NCBI GenBank assembly: GCA_965247095.1
Contig: OZ251997.1
Location: forward strand, 192,001 to 256,000
Direction: 5' to 3'
From: Candidatus Multivorans sp.
Lineage (GTDB): Bacteria > Acidobacteriota > Thermoanaerobaculia > Multivoradales > Multivoraceae
DNA length: 64,000 nt
In this document: in pieces, positions 1 to 9,409 of the stretch
How the letters are laid out: each line of letters opens with the position of its first letter
How positions within the stretch are numbered: position 1 is the first letter of the stretch
Notes under the pieces: model-generated
The model's database searches: none
Seen by the model: only the letters and a program-made list of their open reading frames with translations
What the model was told of the DNA's origin: nothing
Translations under genes and position numbers: made by a program

Positions 1-188
1 CGCAGGGGCAACGAAAGGCGTACTCGGCCCAGGCTGTAGAGGGTTGCAATCTCCCAGAGGGAGATGTCGGACACGAGGAGTGGGGACTGGGGGTCAACTG
101 CCGCAATGGCCTTCTGTTGGGCTGGCGAGAGTCGGCCGAAGTCGTTGAGCCACCAGATCAGTACGTGGGTGTCGAGCAGTAGCGTCAA
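1..188 (-). CDS. vapC: PIN-domain VapC toxin (3' part lies outside the window)
   Basis: Manual translation from TTG at 188 gives MTLLLDTHVLIWWLND...VSDISLWEIA, the PIN LLDTH and S.iSlWE motifs. It overlaps the antitoxin stop (TTGA). Confidence 0.9.
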   Translation of the reverse strand, partial: MTLLLDTHVLIWWLNDFGRLSPAQQKAIAAVDPQSPLLVSDISLWEIATLYSLGRVRLSLPL

Positions 189-424
189 CGGCGCGTGCTC
201 TCCCAGTGGTCTGGGGGCACTGCCGGCGCCACGATGTCGCCGACCTCGGTGACCGTGCCCTTCAGCTCATACTGCGGGTACGCAGCGCCGGAGCGAACCG
301 CGGGAGAGAGCTCGGCGACCGGCCGACCGCGCTTCAGGATCACCACGGGTTCACCAGTTGCGGCTACGCGATCGAGGATCGCCAGGCAGCGGGCCTTGAA
401 ATCGGTGGCGTTGATCGTTTCCAT
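185..424 (-). CDS. Phd/YefM family antitoxin
   Basis: 79 aa, INATDFKARCLAILDRV...VVILKRGRPVAEL; lies directly upstream of the PIN toxin. Confidence 0.9.
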   Translation of the reverse strand: METINATDFKARCLAILDRVAATGEPVVILKRGRPVAELSPAVRSGAAYPQYELKGTVTEVGDIVAPAVPPDHWESTRR

Positions 425-473
425 CTGACCAGTCTTCAGGACCGGTCCACAGATGTCAAGCCGTTCGAGACCC

Positions 474-1352
474 TCACCCCGCGACGCTGTGCTCCCGCTC
501 GCGCAGCCGGATCAGGCACTCCTGGGTGGCCGAGGCCACCAGCTCGCCCTGCCGGTTGAAGACGTGACCGCGGACGAAACCGCGGCCGCGGGCGGCGACC
601 GGGCTTTCCTTGCTGAACAGGAGCCACTCGTCGGCGCGGAACGGGCGGTGGAACCAGAGCGCGTGATCGAGGCTCGCGCCCTGGATTCGGTATCCCTTCA
701 TCGAGGGGCCATGTGGTTGCATCGATACGGCCATGAAGTCCAGGTCCGACATGTAGGCGAAGAAGGAGACATGGATGATGCGGTCGTCGGGCAGCGGCTC
801 CCGGCAGCGCAGCCACGTGTTCTTGCGCGGCTCGGTGGCCGGGCGGTCGCCGCGCGGCAGCATCTGGATTCCCTCGACCTGGCGGCTGTCGATCACGTCG
901 AAGCGGTGGGCGAACCGCCGGTAGGAGGGGTCGTCCTTTGCCATCTTTCGGTAGATGTCGCCGTCGGAGGCCAGCTCGTCGGGCGGCGGCACGTCGGGCA
1001 TTTCGGACTGGTGCTGCAGACCGCCCTCCTCGATCTGGAAGGACGACGACATGTTGAAGATCGCCTGTCCGTGCTGGATGCCGACGACACGGCGGGTGGT
1101 GAAGCTCTTGCCGTCCCGGATGCGATCGACATCGAACAGGATCGGCCGCTCCGGGTCGCCGCGGCGCAGGAAGTAGGCGTGGATCGAGTGCAGGTGGCGG
1201 TTCTCGACCGTCTTCGAGGCGGCGACGATCGCCTGCCCTAGCACCTGGCCGCCGAAGACGTGGTTGCCCGGTCCGTTCTGCGCCCGGAACAGGTTCTCCT
1301 CGATCTGTTCCATCTGCAGCAGGTCGATCATCTCCTGGACTGCGCCGTTCAT
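474..1352 (-). CDS. tesB: acyl-CoA thioesterase II
   Basis: Start reassigned to ATG 1352 (MNGAVQEM). Motifs VFGGQVLGQA, HSIHAYFLRRGD, RDGKSFTTRRV, AYMSD, ASLDHALWFHRPFRADEWLL, QECLIR. Confidence 0.93.
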   Translation of the reverse strand: MNGAVQEMIDLLQMEQIEENLFRAQNGPGNHVFGGQVLGQAIVAASKTVENRHLHSIHAYFLRRGDPERPILFDVDRIRDGKSFTTRRVVGIQHGQAIFNMSSSFQIEEGGLQHQSEMPDVPPPDELASDGDIYRKMAKDDPSYRRFAHRFDVIDSRQVEGIQMLPRGDRPATEPRKNTWLRCREPLPDDRIIHVSFFAYMSDLDFMAVSMQPHGPSMKGYRIQGASLDHALWFHRPFRADEWLLFSKESPVAARGRGFVRGHVFNRQGELVASATQECLIRLREREHSVAG

Positions 1353-1410
1353 GGGAGGGGGATGGTAGCCGCTGCGCGCGCGCTGCGGGAGGCCGGCGGC
1401 AGGGCGGCAA

Positions 1411-1941
1411 TCAGAGCGTCCGGTGCAGCCAGGCGAGCAGATCGTCGAGGTCGGTGAGCACGAGCGCGCCGGCTCCGGCCGCGGCCGTCGACTGTTCGCT
1501 GTCGCCGGGCGGACGGTCGTAGAGTGCCAGCGGCCGGCCGTAGCGCAGCGCCAGCGCGATCTCGCTTCGGGTGCCGGCGCTGCCGGGGAGGGCGACCACG
1601 GCGTCGGCGGAGAGGACGTTGATGTGGTTGCGCGAGTCGGGTCCCGTTCCGGCCGCGCCGGAAAGCGGCAGGTGGGTCCGGATCGCCACCTCGACCCAGG
1701 GATTGGGGTAACCATCGGGCGAGCCGTTGCCGTCCTCCGCGCTCGGCACGACGCCGATGCACAGGCCGGCGCGGTCCGGCGTCTCGGCGAAGGCGCGGCT
1801 GGTTGCCGTCATCGTGCCCGCGCCGCCGCCGGTCAGCAGGTGCCAGCCGGCGCTCGCGATCGCGCGGCCGAGCGGAGCGGCCAGAGCCTCGTGACTGCTT
1901 ACGCCCGAACCCATCACGCCGACGATGGGCAGTCGGCTCAC
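1411..1941 (-). CDS. LOG/SLOG family (TIGR00725/Mo-cofactor carrier-like) protein
   Basis: GTG start 1941 overlaps the upstream stop. Motifs IVGVMGSG, LLTGGGAGTM, RNHINVLSADAVVALPGSAGTRSE. Confidence 0.8.
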   Translation of the reverse strand: MSRLPIVGVMGSGVSSHEALAAPLGRAIASAGWHLLTGGGAGTMTATSRAFAETPDRAGLCIGVVPSAEDGNGSPDGYPNPWVEVAIRTHLPLSGAAGTGPDSRNHINVLSADAVVALPGSAGTRSEIALALRYGRPLALYDRPPGDSEQSTAAAGAGALVLTDLDDLLAWLHRTL

Positions 1942-3179
1942 TACTGCGACTTGCCGCGGGCGCTGATCGGCCACAGTTCCTCGACCCGGCCGTCGCGCAC
2001 GGGGTAGTAGACGTCGTACAGGTTGACCGTCGGGTCGCAGTGCGGGGTGACGCACCAGAGCCGGTCGCCGAGTTGCGGCGGCCGGGGTGCGTCGGCGATG
2101 CGCAACATGCCGTGTTCGTCGCCGCCCCAGCCGTACACCACACCCGCGAGGTCGGCGAGCTGCGGCCGGTCGGCGTCCGACGCGAACGCCTTGTAGCCGC
2201 CGTCCGTGGTGATCATCTCGGGCACCGGCTGGCTGATCGCGGTGACGACCACGAAGAGCGAAGTCTCGAAGTCGTCGAAGACCTCGCCGTCGCGGCTGCC
2301 GATCTGCCGGTACTGCTCGTCCATGAACAGGTAGGAGCCGACCTGAAGGTCGGTCATGCCGTCGACCGCCGAGTCGATGTCCCAGGTTCCCGTGCCGCCG
2401 CCGGTGAGTACGCTGAGCTCTATGCCGTCGTCCTCGATCAGCCGCTTCGTCTCGACCGCGGTTTCGAGCTCGGCCAGTGAACGGGCCTGCCGCTCGGCGT
2501 GGCCGTGGACGTGCATGAGGTGCCCGGCGTAGGCCTGGAGGCCCTGGAGCTCGAGGTGGCGCAGGCCGTCGATCGCCCGCGCCAGATCGAGCGCGGGCTC
2601 GCCCACCGCGATACCGGTGCGGCGCGTACCGACATCGAGGTCGATGAGCACCCGCTGGGTGACGGCCCCGGCCGCGGCCGCCTCGTTCAGCCGTTCCGCG
2701 GCCAGCTGGTTGTCGACCACCAGGGCGACATGGGAGCTCTTCTTCGAGAGGGCGACGACGCGACCGATCTTGTCGTCGGTCACCACGGGCGAGGTGATCA
2801 GGACCTCGTCGATGCCGGCTTCGACCATCACTTCCGCTTCGCTGACCTTGGCGCAGCAGACACCGACCGCTCCCATCTCCATCTGGCGGCGGGCCAGCAG
2901 GGGACACTTGTGGGTCTTGGTGTGGGGGCGAAGCGAGATGCCCTGCTCCTCGGCGTGGGCCGCCATCTTCGCCAGGTTCAGTTCCATCGTGGCGACGTCG
3001 ATGAGCAGCGCCGGCGTCGGGATGTCCTCGACCGCGAGGGGCTGATCGAGAGGAATCGGTTCGTGGCTCAAGGCGGGCGCCGGCGGGCCTCCCGTGAGGC
3101 CTGAACTGCAGGCGACGGACGCGCCGCCGGCCGCACCGACCGCCCCCAGGAAGGCGCGTCGCGTGGTGTGATCGGCCAC
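1941..3179 (-). CDS. DSD1/D-threonine aldolase family PLP enzyme with Tat-lipoprotein signal
   Basis: Motifs TPALLID, RPHTKTHKC (PLP Lys), GGGTGT, QVGSYLFMD, DEHG, PHCDPTVNLYD. N-terminus has TRRAFL and SVAC. Confidence 0.88.
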   Translation of the reverse strand: MADHTTRRAFLGAVGAAGGASVACSSGLTGGPPAPALSHEPIPLDQPLAVEDIPTPALLIDVATMELNLAKMAAHAEEQGISLRPHTKTHKCPLLARRQMEMGAVGVCCAKVSEAEVMVEAGIDEVLITSPVVTDDKIGRVVALSKKSSHVALVVDNQLAAERLNEAAAAGAVTQRVLIDLDVGTRRTGIAVGEPALDLARAIDGLRHLELQGLQAYAGHLMHVHGHAERQARSLAELETAVETKRLIEDDGIELSVLTGGGTGTWDIDSAVDGMTDLQVGSYLFMDEQYRQIGSRDGEVFDDFETSLFVVVTAISQPVPEMITTDGGYKAFASDADRPQLADLAGVVYGWGGDEHGMLRIADAPRPPQLGDRLWCVTPHCDPTVNLYDVYYPVRDGRVEELWPISARGKSQ

Positions 3180-3340
3180 TCTCTAGCTCCCTTGGTCATT
3201 CGCGGCTCGTCGCTACGGCCTTCAGGTCTCCGGGCACCGGCGCCTTCGGTAGGCCGGGCGCAGCATCGCTGGGACTATAGCCTCGGCAGGCTGTGGTGGA
3301 CCGTGGAACAGAACGTCAGTGGCGTGGAGTTACCGCAACA

Positions 3341-4510
3341 ATGCGAAGCGCCGCAGCCCTGATCCTGGTCGCGGCTGCCGCAACGGCCCTGCCGGCGCAG
3401 GAGCCACCGGCGCCGGACCGGACCTTCACGGACGAGATCGATGTCGCGGAGTCGTCGGTGGTCGTGGAACTGCCGCGGCTGGGCAAAGTGTCGCCGGAGG
3501 AGTTCGAGCCGGACGACTTCATCGTCGAGGTCGACGGGCGCCGCAGGCGCGTGGTGGGAGTCTCGGCGCTCGATCTGAAGGCCAACCCGCGGCCGGTGCT
3601 CGTTTACGTCGATGCCGTGCTCTCGAAGCCCGAGACGGTCCGCGTCGGCGCCGAGGCGCTGGCCCGGCAGGCGCGGCCGCTGACCGCGCTGGGCCCGGTC
3701 GAGATCGTGGTCGACGGAGGCGCGCCCGGCGGCGTGGAGCTGCGGCTCACGCCGTCGACGAAGCCGCGGGCGGTGGGGGCGGCGCTTCAACAGATCGCCG
3801 GAGAAGACCTCGGCCGGGATGCCTACTTCGAATCCCGGAACCGGCCCGCTGGTCTGCAAACCTACGTTGACGTGGTGCGCGGCTCGGCCGACCGCCTGCT
3901 GGCCGAGGCCCTGCCCCGCTGCGGCGATCCGCCGTGCTTCCTGTTCTGGCTCAGCGACGGCTTTCCCGTCGTGGACGAGGACGGCGAACGGGCCGCCGAC
4001 GACCTGGCGGCGGCCCTCTCGGCGCATGGCTGGATCGTGGTCGCCATGGCGCTCCACATCCCCACTCCCGATCCACACCTCGGCGTGCCCCAGCCGCTCA
4101 GCTTCGAGCAGTGGAAGGCGCTGACGCCGGGGGTCAAGATGGGGCCCTCCGGGGGCGAGATCAGCCGCCTCAAGGGCCTCTCCGCGAGCAGCTTCGACTT
4201 CTACGTCGAACCCCGGTACGAGCCATTGCGCCGGGCGGCGATCGCGTCCTGCGGCGCCGCGCTGCGGGTCGAGCATCAACTGGAGGCCGAGTTCGAGCGG
4301 CTGGAGCGCCGCCTGCTGCTGCGGTTCGCGTCAGCGGAGGAGGGCGGCGCACGGGAGGGACTGCGGCCGGCCTTTCTGCCGGTGGAGGTGCGGCTGGCGG
4401 AGGTGTCCCGGTTTGCCGATCGGCGTCGGTTCAAGAAGTGGCTCGGGCTCGTGCCGGCCGAGGAGCGGTTGCGGTATGGGCGGTGGGTGCGGGCCGGGGG
4501 GTCCGAGTGA
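3341..4510 (+). CDS. secreted protein, Acidobacterial VWA-related
   Basis: Signal peptide MRSAAALILVAAAATALPAQ; F.DEIDV...DDFIVEVDG N-terminal pattern; FWLSDGFP. The family call is tentative. Confidence 0.5.
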   Translation: MRSAAALILVAAAATALPAQEPPAPDRTFTDEIDVAESSVVVELPRLGKVSPEEFEPDDFIVEVDGRRRRVVGVSALDLKANPRPVLVYVDAVLSKPETVRVGAEALARQARPLTALGPVEIVVDGGAPGGVELRLTPSTKPRAVGAALQQIAGEDLGRDAYFESRNRPAGLQTYVDVVRGSADRLLAEALPRCGDPPCFLFWLSDGFPVVDEDGERAADDLAAALSAHGWIVVAMALHIPTPDPHLGVPQPLSFEQWKALTPGVKMGPSGGEISRLKGLSASSFDFYVEPRYEPLRRAAIASCGAALRVEHQLEAEFERLERRLLLRFASAEEGGAREGLRPAFLPVEVRLAEVSRFADRRRFKKWLGLVPAEERLRYGRWVRAGGSE

Positions 4511-4635
4511 CTTGCATGGAACAAGCCCTGTTCCCTGTGCGTCAGCGCGGCGCGGACGCCGCGACTCGACTTGCATCGAACAAGCCCTGTTCCCTGTGCG
4601 TCAGCGCGGCGCGGACGCCGCGACTCGACTCCTAG
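4511..4635. repeat. REP-like repeat family A, two tandem 59-bp copies ending in CTAG
   Basis: Units 4511-4569 and 4570-4628 are identical except for one base (cttgcat[g/c]gaacaagccctgttccctgtgcgtcagcgcggcgcggacgccgcgactcga). Further copies at 26901 and 32389. Confidence 0.92.
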
Positions 4636-6104
4636 AACGTGAGCAACTCGACCAGGTCCGGGGCGACGAAGAACAGCGCCAGCGACAGGAGCGCGGTGAG
4701 GACGAGCGGCAGCACGCACAGGAACGGTGCCTCGGCAACCTTCGCAGAACCGCCGCCGTCGCCGCCCGGTGGCGCGGCGAAGAAGCCGCGGACGACGACG
4801 GGCATCAGGTAGAAGAAGGCCAGCAGCGAGCTGAGCATCAGCACGCCGAGGAACGCGACCTGGGCCGGGAATCCGGTCTCGAGCGCGCCGGTCATGAGAA
4901 ACCACTTGGCCCACGACCCGCCTAGCGGCGGGATGCCGATGATCGAGAGCGAGGCGAGGAAGAAGGCGGCGAAGGTCCAGGGCATGGTGCGGCCGAGGCC
5001 GTCGAGTTCGCTGACCTTCTTCTTGTGGGTGGCGACGAGGATCGCGCCGGCGCAGAAGAAGAGGGTGATCTTGCCCGCCGCGTGCATGGCGATCTGCATG
5101 CCGCCGGCGAGGACGCCGGTGGCGGTCGCCATCGCCGCGCCGAGGACGATGTAGGCGAGTTGACTGATCGTCGAGTAGGCGAGACGCGCCTTCAGGTTGT
5201 CCTGGCGGATCGCCACCACCGCCGCCATCAGCATGGTGAAGGAGGCGATCGTCATCAGGGTCAGCGAGGCGGTGCTGTCGCGCAGCAGGTCGAGGCCGAA
5301 GATGTAGACCACGACCTTGAGGATGGTGAACACGCCCGCCTTGACCACCGCCACCGCGTGCAGCAGCGCGCTGACCGGGGTCGGGGCGACCATCGCGTTC
5401 GGCAGCCAGCGATGGAGCGGCATCAGCGCCGCCTTGCCGGCGCCGAAGGCGTAGAGCAGCAGGAGCACCGTCACCAGGCCGGAACTCGTGTCCGCGGCCA
5501 GGATGCCGCCGGGTGTGAACTCGACCGTCCCGGTGAGCCGCCAGGTGAACAGGATCGCCAGCAGCAGGAAGGAGATCGAGGTGAACAGCAGGATGCCGAG
5601 GTAGATGCGGCCGGCACGCCGCGCCTCGGCGGTGCCGTGGTGGGTGACGAGCGGGAAGGTGAGGAGCGTCAGCGCCTCGTAGAACAGGAACAGCGTGAAC
5701 AGGTTGCGCGCGAAGGCGATGCCCAGGGCGGCGAAGATCGAGAGCGCGAAGAAGGTGAAGAAGCGGGTCTGGTTCTGCTCGTGGTGTCCGCGCATGTAGC
5801 CGACGGCGTAGATCGAGGTGGGGATCCACAGGCCGCTGGCGACAAGGCCGTAGAGCAGGCCGAGCGGCTCCACCTGGAACGCCAGTTCGACTCCCGGCAT
5901 CACTTCCAGCAGGACGAGTTCCGGCCGGCCGCCGGCCATGACATCGGCGCCGAGCCGCCACACGGCGGCGAAGGTGCAGACGCCGATCAGCGGCGTCGCC
6001 AGGTCGCGCAGGTTCGGATGGCCGAGGCGGCCGAAGACCAGGCAGGCGCCCGCCGCTGCGAGCGGCAGGAGCAACGCGACCAGGATCGTCGTCTCGGCGC
6101 TCAT
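4632..6104 (-). CDS. mrpD: Na+/H+ antiporter subunit D family (second copy)
   Basis: Multi-TM protein; GKAALMPLHRWLPNAMVAPTPVSALLHAVAVVKAG, RLAYSTISQL. Confidence 0.88.
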   Translation of the reverse strand: MSAETTILVALLLPLAAAGACLVFGRLGHPNLRDLATPLIGVCTFAAVWRLGADVMAGGRPELVLLEVMPGVELAFQVEPLGLLYGLVASGLWIPTSIYAVGYMRGHHEQNQTRFFTFFALSIFAALGIAFARNLFTLFLFYEALTLLTFPLVTHHGTAEARRAGRIYLGILLFTSISFLLLAILFTWRLTGTVEFTPGGILAADTSSGLVTVLLLLYAFGAGKAALMPLHRWLPNAMVAPTPVSALLHAVAVVKAGVFTILKVVVYIFGLDLLRDSTASLTLMTIASFTMLMAAVVAIRQDNLKARLAYSTISQLAYIVLGAAMATATGVLAGGMQIAMHAAGKITLFFCAGAILVATHKKKVSELDGLGRTMPWTFAAFFLASLSIIGIPPLGGSWAKWFLMTGALETGFPAQVAFLGVLMLSSLLAFFYLMPVVVRGFFAAPPGGDGGGSAKVAEAPFLCVLPLVLTALLSLALFFVAPDLVELLTF

Positions 6105-6108
6105 CGGC

Positions 6109-7593
6109 TCAGATCCCGCCGGCGAGGAGGAGTTCCGCGGCTTCCGCGGCGACGCCGTAGGTCCACTTCGTGGTCAGACCGAAGACCACCGCGGCCCCGA
6201 TCAGGATCCAGGTCGGCGCCAGCATGCCGAACGGGACTTCGCGAATGTGGTCGATGGGTTGGGTTGCGGATGGGCGACGGAAGTAGACGACCTCGACCAC
6301 CCGGCCGACGTAGACCACCGCGAGCAGCGAACTCAGCAGGATGAGAACTGCCGCCGCGGTCCAGCCGCGCTCCAGGGCGCCGGACACCAGGTACCACTTG
6401 CTGACGAACCCGACCGTGCCCGGGACGCCGATCAGGCTCAAGCCCCCGACCACCAGGGCGGCGCCGGTCAGCGGCATGCGGCGGCCGACGCCGGCCAGGG
6501 CGTCGAGGTGGACGGAGCCCACCCGGTAGAGCAGGCAGGCGACGACCAGGAACAGGCCGCCCTTCATCACCGCGTGGTTGAACAGGTGGACCAGAGCGCC
6601 GGCCAGGCCAGTGGCGTTCGCGGTCGAGAGGCCGAGGGTCATGTAGCCGATCTGGGCGACGCTCGAGTAAGCGAGCAACCGCCGCAGGTCGGTCTGGAAG
6701 ATCGCCGCGCCGGATGCCAGGAACATGGCGAGGAGGGAGAGCGGCAGGAGCACCATGTGCAGGCGGAGTTCTTCGAACACGAAGGGCGCGCCGAAGACCG
6801 TGAACAGGATCATCGCCAGCAGGTAGAAGGAGACCTTCGTGGCGGTGGCGGCCAGGAAGGCGCTGACCTTGGGCGGTGCGAACGAGTAGGCGTTCGGCAG
6901 CCAGTGGTGCAGGGGGAAGACGGCCAGCTTGATCGAGATGCCGACCACGAGCAACGCCAGCGCCAGGACCGTGCCGCGAGCCTCCAAGGACGGATCGAGC
7001 CGCTCGGCGATGTCGCGCAGGTTCAGGGTGCCCGTTTCCTGGTAGAGCAGGCCGACGCCGAGCATGAAGAAGACGCCGCCGATCGTGCCCATGACCAGGT
7101 AGTAGAAGGCCGACATCACCGCGCGGCGGTGGCCGCCCAGGCTGACTAGGATGTAGGACGACAGGGACGAGATCTCGAGGAAGACGAAGATGTTGAAGGC
7201 GTCGCCGGTGATCGTGATGCCGAGCAGGCCGCAGATGCAGAGCAGGAACACGGCGTAGTAGAGGTGGCGGCGCGACTCGGGCACCCGCGTCGGACCGCCC
7301 CGCGAGTCGAAACTCAGCACGACCAGGGCCATCGCCGTGACCAGGGTGAGCAGGTAGGCGTTGACGGTGGAGACCCGGTACTCGATGCCGAGCGGCGGCG
7401 GCCAGCCGCCGAGCTGGTAGGAGATGACGCCGCCGCCGCGGACCTCGACGAGCAGCGCCACGGCGATGGCGAAGCACGCCGCGACGACGCCGAGGCTGAA
7501 CAGGCGGGTAACGCGCGGGTGGCGCAGCAGCACGCACGCGGGCGCCGCCAGCAGCGGCAGGACGACCTCGAGGACGACGATGTGCTCGGTCAT
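6109..7593 (-). CDS. mrpD: Na+/H+ antiporter subunit D
   Basis: Start MTEHIVV at 7593; GDAFNIFVFLEISS, KLAVFPLHHWLPNAY, LLAYSSVAQIGY. Confidence 0.9.
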   Translation of the reverse strand: MTEHIVVLEVVLPLLAAPACVLLRHPRVTRLFSLGVVAACFAIAVALLVEVRGGGVISYQLGGWPPPLGIEYRVSTVNAYLLTLVTAMALVVLSFDSRGGPTRVPESRRHLYYAVFLLCICGLLGITITGDAFNIFVFLEISSLSSYILVSLGGHRRAVMSAFYYLVMGTIGGVFFMLGVGLLYQETGTLNLRDIAERLDPSLEARGTVLALALLVVGISIKLAVFPLHHWLPNAYSFAPPKVSAFLAATATKVSFYLLAMILFTVFGAPFVFEELRLHMVLLPLSLLAMFLASGAAIFQTDLRRLLAYSSVAQIGYMTLGLSTANATGLAGALVHLFNHAVMKGGLFLVVACLLYRVGSVHLDALAGVGRRMPLTGAALVVGGLSLIGVPGTVGFVSKWYLVSGALERGWTAAAVLILLSSLLAVVYVGRVVEVVYFRRPSATQPIDHIREVPFGMLAPTWILIGAAVVFGLTTKWTYGVAAEAAELLLAGGI

Positions 7594-7603
7594 GCCGAAG
7601 GGC

Positions 7604-8002
7604 TCATCCGTGTTCCATGTCCCACGCGACCGCCTCGTCCTCCTCAACGGTGCCGTACTCGCGGTGGATGCGGACGGCCAGGGCCAGAGCCAGGGCGGTG
7701 GTGGCGACGCCGACCACGATCGCGGTCAGCATCAGCACATGGGGCAGGGGGTTCGAGTAGACGACATCGTGCCCGCCGTGGCCGGCGCCGTGACCCGTGT
7801 CCTGGGGAACGATCGGCGCCGTGCCGCCGGCGACCTTGGCCATCGACACGTAGAAGAGGATCGCCGCGGCCTGGAAGATGTTCAGCCCCATGACCTTCTT
7901 GACCAGGTTGTCGCGCGCGATGACGATGTAGAGCCCGACCATCATCAGCGCGATGATCAGCCAGTAGGCCCACAGATTGGTGAGCGCTTCCGGCAGGGTC
8001 AT
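7604..8002 (-). CDS. mrpC: Na+/H+ antiporter subunit C
   Basis: NLVKKVMGLNIFQ, NPLPHVLMLTAIVVGVATTA. Confidence 0.92.
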   Translation of the reverse strand: MTLPEALTNLWAYWLIIALMMVGLYIVIARDNLVKKVMGLNIFQAAAILFYVSMAKVAGGTAPIVPQDTGHGAGHGGHDVVYSNPLPHVLMLTAIVVGVATTALALALAVRIHREYGTVEEDEAVAWDMEHG

Positions 8003-8502
8003 GGCGCGTCTCCCGCGGCGTCGATGCCGGCGCCGGGCGCCGTCTCACTGGTCTCCCGGTGGCTGCCGAGGTGGCGACTCACGAAGGCGTAGTAGACGCG
8101 CATTATCGTCGCCGCGACGGCGATGCCGACGCCGAGCTCGATGACGATGATGCCGAGGTGCTGGCCGTGGTGGCCCGTGGTGAGCGGGTCGAGCGCGGAG
8201 TAGTCGAGGAAGGTGCCGCCCAGGAACATCGCCGCCACGCCGACCGCGCCGTAGAGCAGCACGCCTGCCGCCATCAGCCGCTCGGTCAGGATCGGCGGAA
8301 CGACCTGCTGGAGGGGCTCCAGGCCGAAGATCAGGGCGTAGACAATGAGGCCCGCAGCGAAGATCACGCCGGCCTGGAAGCCGCCGCCGGGGCCGAAGTC
8401 GCCGTGGAACTGGACGTAGAGCGCGAACAGCAGGATCATCGGCACCAGCGCCCGGGCGATGACCCGGAGCACCGGCATGTCGCGGACCCGGACCGGCCTC
8501 AC
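7999..8502 (-). CDS. mrpB: Na+/H+ antiporter subunit B
   Basis: HGDFGPGGGFQAG motif, IELGVG. Confidence 0.9.
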   Translation of the reverse strand: MRPVRVRDMPVLRVIARALVPMILLFALYVQFHGDFGPGGGFQAGVIFAAGLIVYALIFGLEPLQQVVPPILTERLMAAGVLLYGAVGVAAMFLGGTFLDYSALDPLTTGHHGQHLGIIVIELGVGIAVAATIMRVYYAFVSRHLGSHRETSETAPGAGIDAAGDAP

Positions 8503-9038
8503 GGCTCCTCCTCCTTCGTGCGCCGGCTCAGGCCGCCCAGGAGCAGCGCGACGCCGACACCGGCGGTGAAGATCACGGTGACTTCGCCCAGCGTGTCGTA
8601 GCCGCGGAAGCTGGCCAGGATCGCGGTGACGATGTTCGGGATGTGGATCTTCTCCTCGGTCTCCGCAATCAGGTCGGGGACCAGGTAGTGGTGGATCACG
8701 GCGTCGGGATCGCCGTAGGCCGGCATGTCCCAGGTGCCGTAGATCAGCACCGCGCCGGTGGCGACGACGATGATCAGCGGCGCGATGCGCGTCCGGCCCT
8801 GCCGCTCACGCCGCGAGGTCAGGCTCAGCGCGCCGAGGATGAGCACGGTGGAGATCCCGGCGCCCACGGCGGCCTCGGTGAAGGCGACATCGACCGCGTC
8901 CATGAGCACGAACAGGCCGGCGGCCAGCAGGCTGGCGATGCCGGTCAGCATGGCGGCGGCGAACAGGTCCTCGAGCCGGGCCACGACGACGACGGTCGCC
9001 AGGAGCAGCAGCATGAGCAGGAGTTCGACCGGCGGCAT
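8499..9038 (-). CDS. DUF4040 / MrpA C-terminal-like antiporter subunit
   Basis: Start MPPVELLL; DAVDVAFTEAAVGAGIST, NIVTAILASFRGYDTLGE. Confidence 0.87.
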   Translation of the reverse strand: MPPVELLLMLLLLATVVVVARLEDLFAAAMLTGIASLLAAGLFVLMDAVDVAFTEAAVGAGISTVLILGALSLTSRRERQGRTRIAPLIIVVATGAVLIYGTWDMPAYGDPDAVIHHYLVPDLIAETEEKIHIPNIVTAILASFRGYDTLGEVTVIFTAGVGVALLLGGLSRRTKEEEP

Positions 9039-9040
9039 CG

Positions 9041-9409
9041 TCACTCTCCGCCGGCCACAGCGCCGGACTCGCCGGGCGTCGGTGCAGTGGCCGCGTCGTC
9101 GTCGGACACCTCGAGTTCGAGCGCCAGACCGTGACCGTGGGCCGCCTTGACCAGCGCGTGCGCGATGGCGGGGCTGGTGAAGAGCAGGAAGACGACCACC
9201 AGGAGCAGCTTCACGGTGACCATGGACAGGCCGCCCTGGAACATCAAGGCCAGGAGCATCAGGCCGGCGCCGGCGGTGTCCGTGACCGACGCGGCGTGGG
9301 TCCGCTGGTAGAAGTCCGAGAACCGGTGCAGGCCGATGCCGCCGACGATGCAGAACAGCCCTCCGATCACCAGCAGGACCACGGTCACTACATCGAGCGC
9401 GCCATTCAT
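9041..9409 (-). CDS. mrpG: Na+/H+ antiporter subunit G
   Basis: Start MNGALDVV at 9409; GGIGLHRFSDFYQRTHAASVTDT, TSPAIAHALVKAA. Confidence 0.9.
   Translation of the reverse strand: MNGALDVVTVVLLVIGGLFCIVGGIGLHRFSDFYQRTHAASVTDTAGAGLMLLALMFQGGLSMVTVKLLLVVVFLLFTSPAIAHALVKAAHGHGLALELEVSDDDAATAPTPGESGAVAGGE

Noticed and set aside
4511-4628. possible CRISPR array
   Set aside because: Two head-to-tail 59-bp units with no spacers, no cas genes, and dispersed copies elsewhere.
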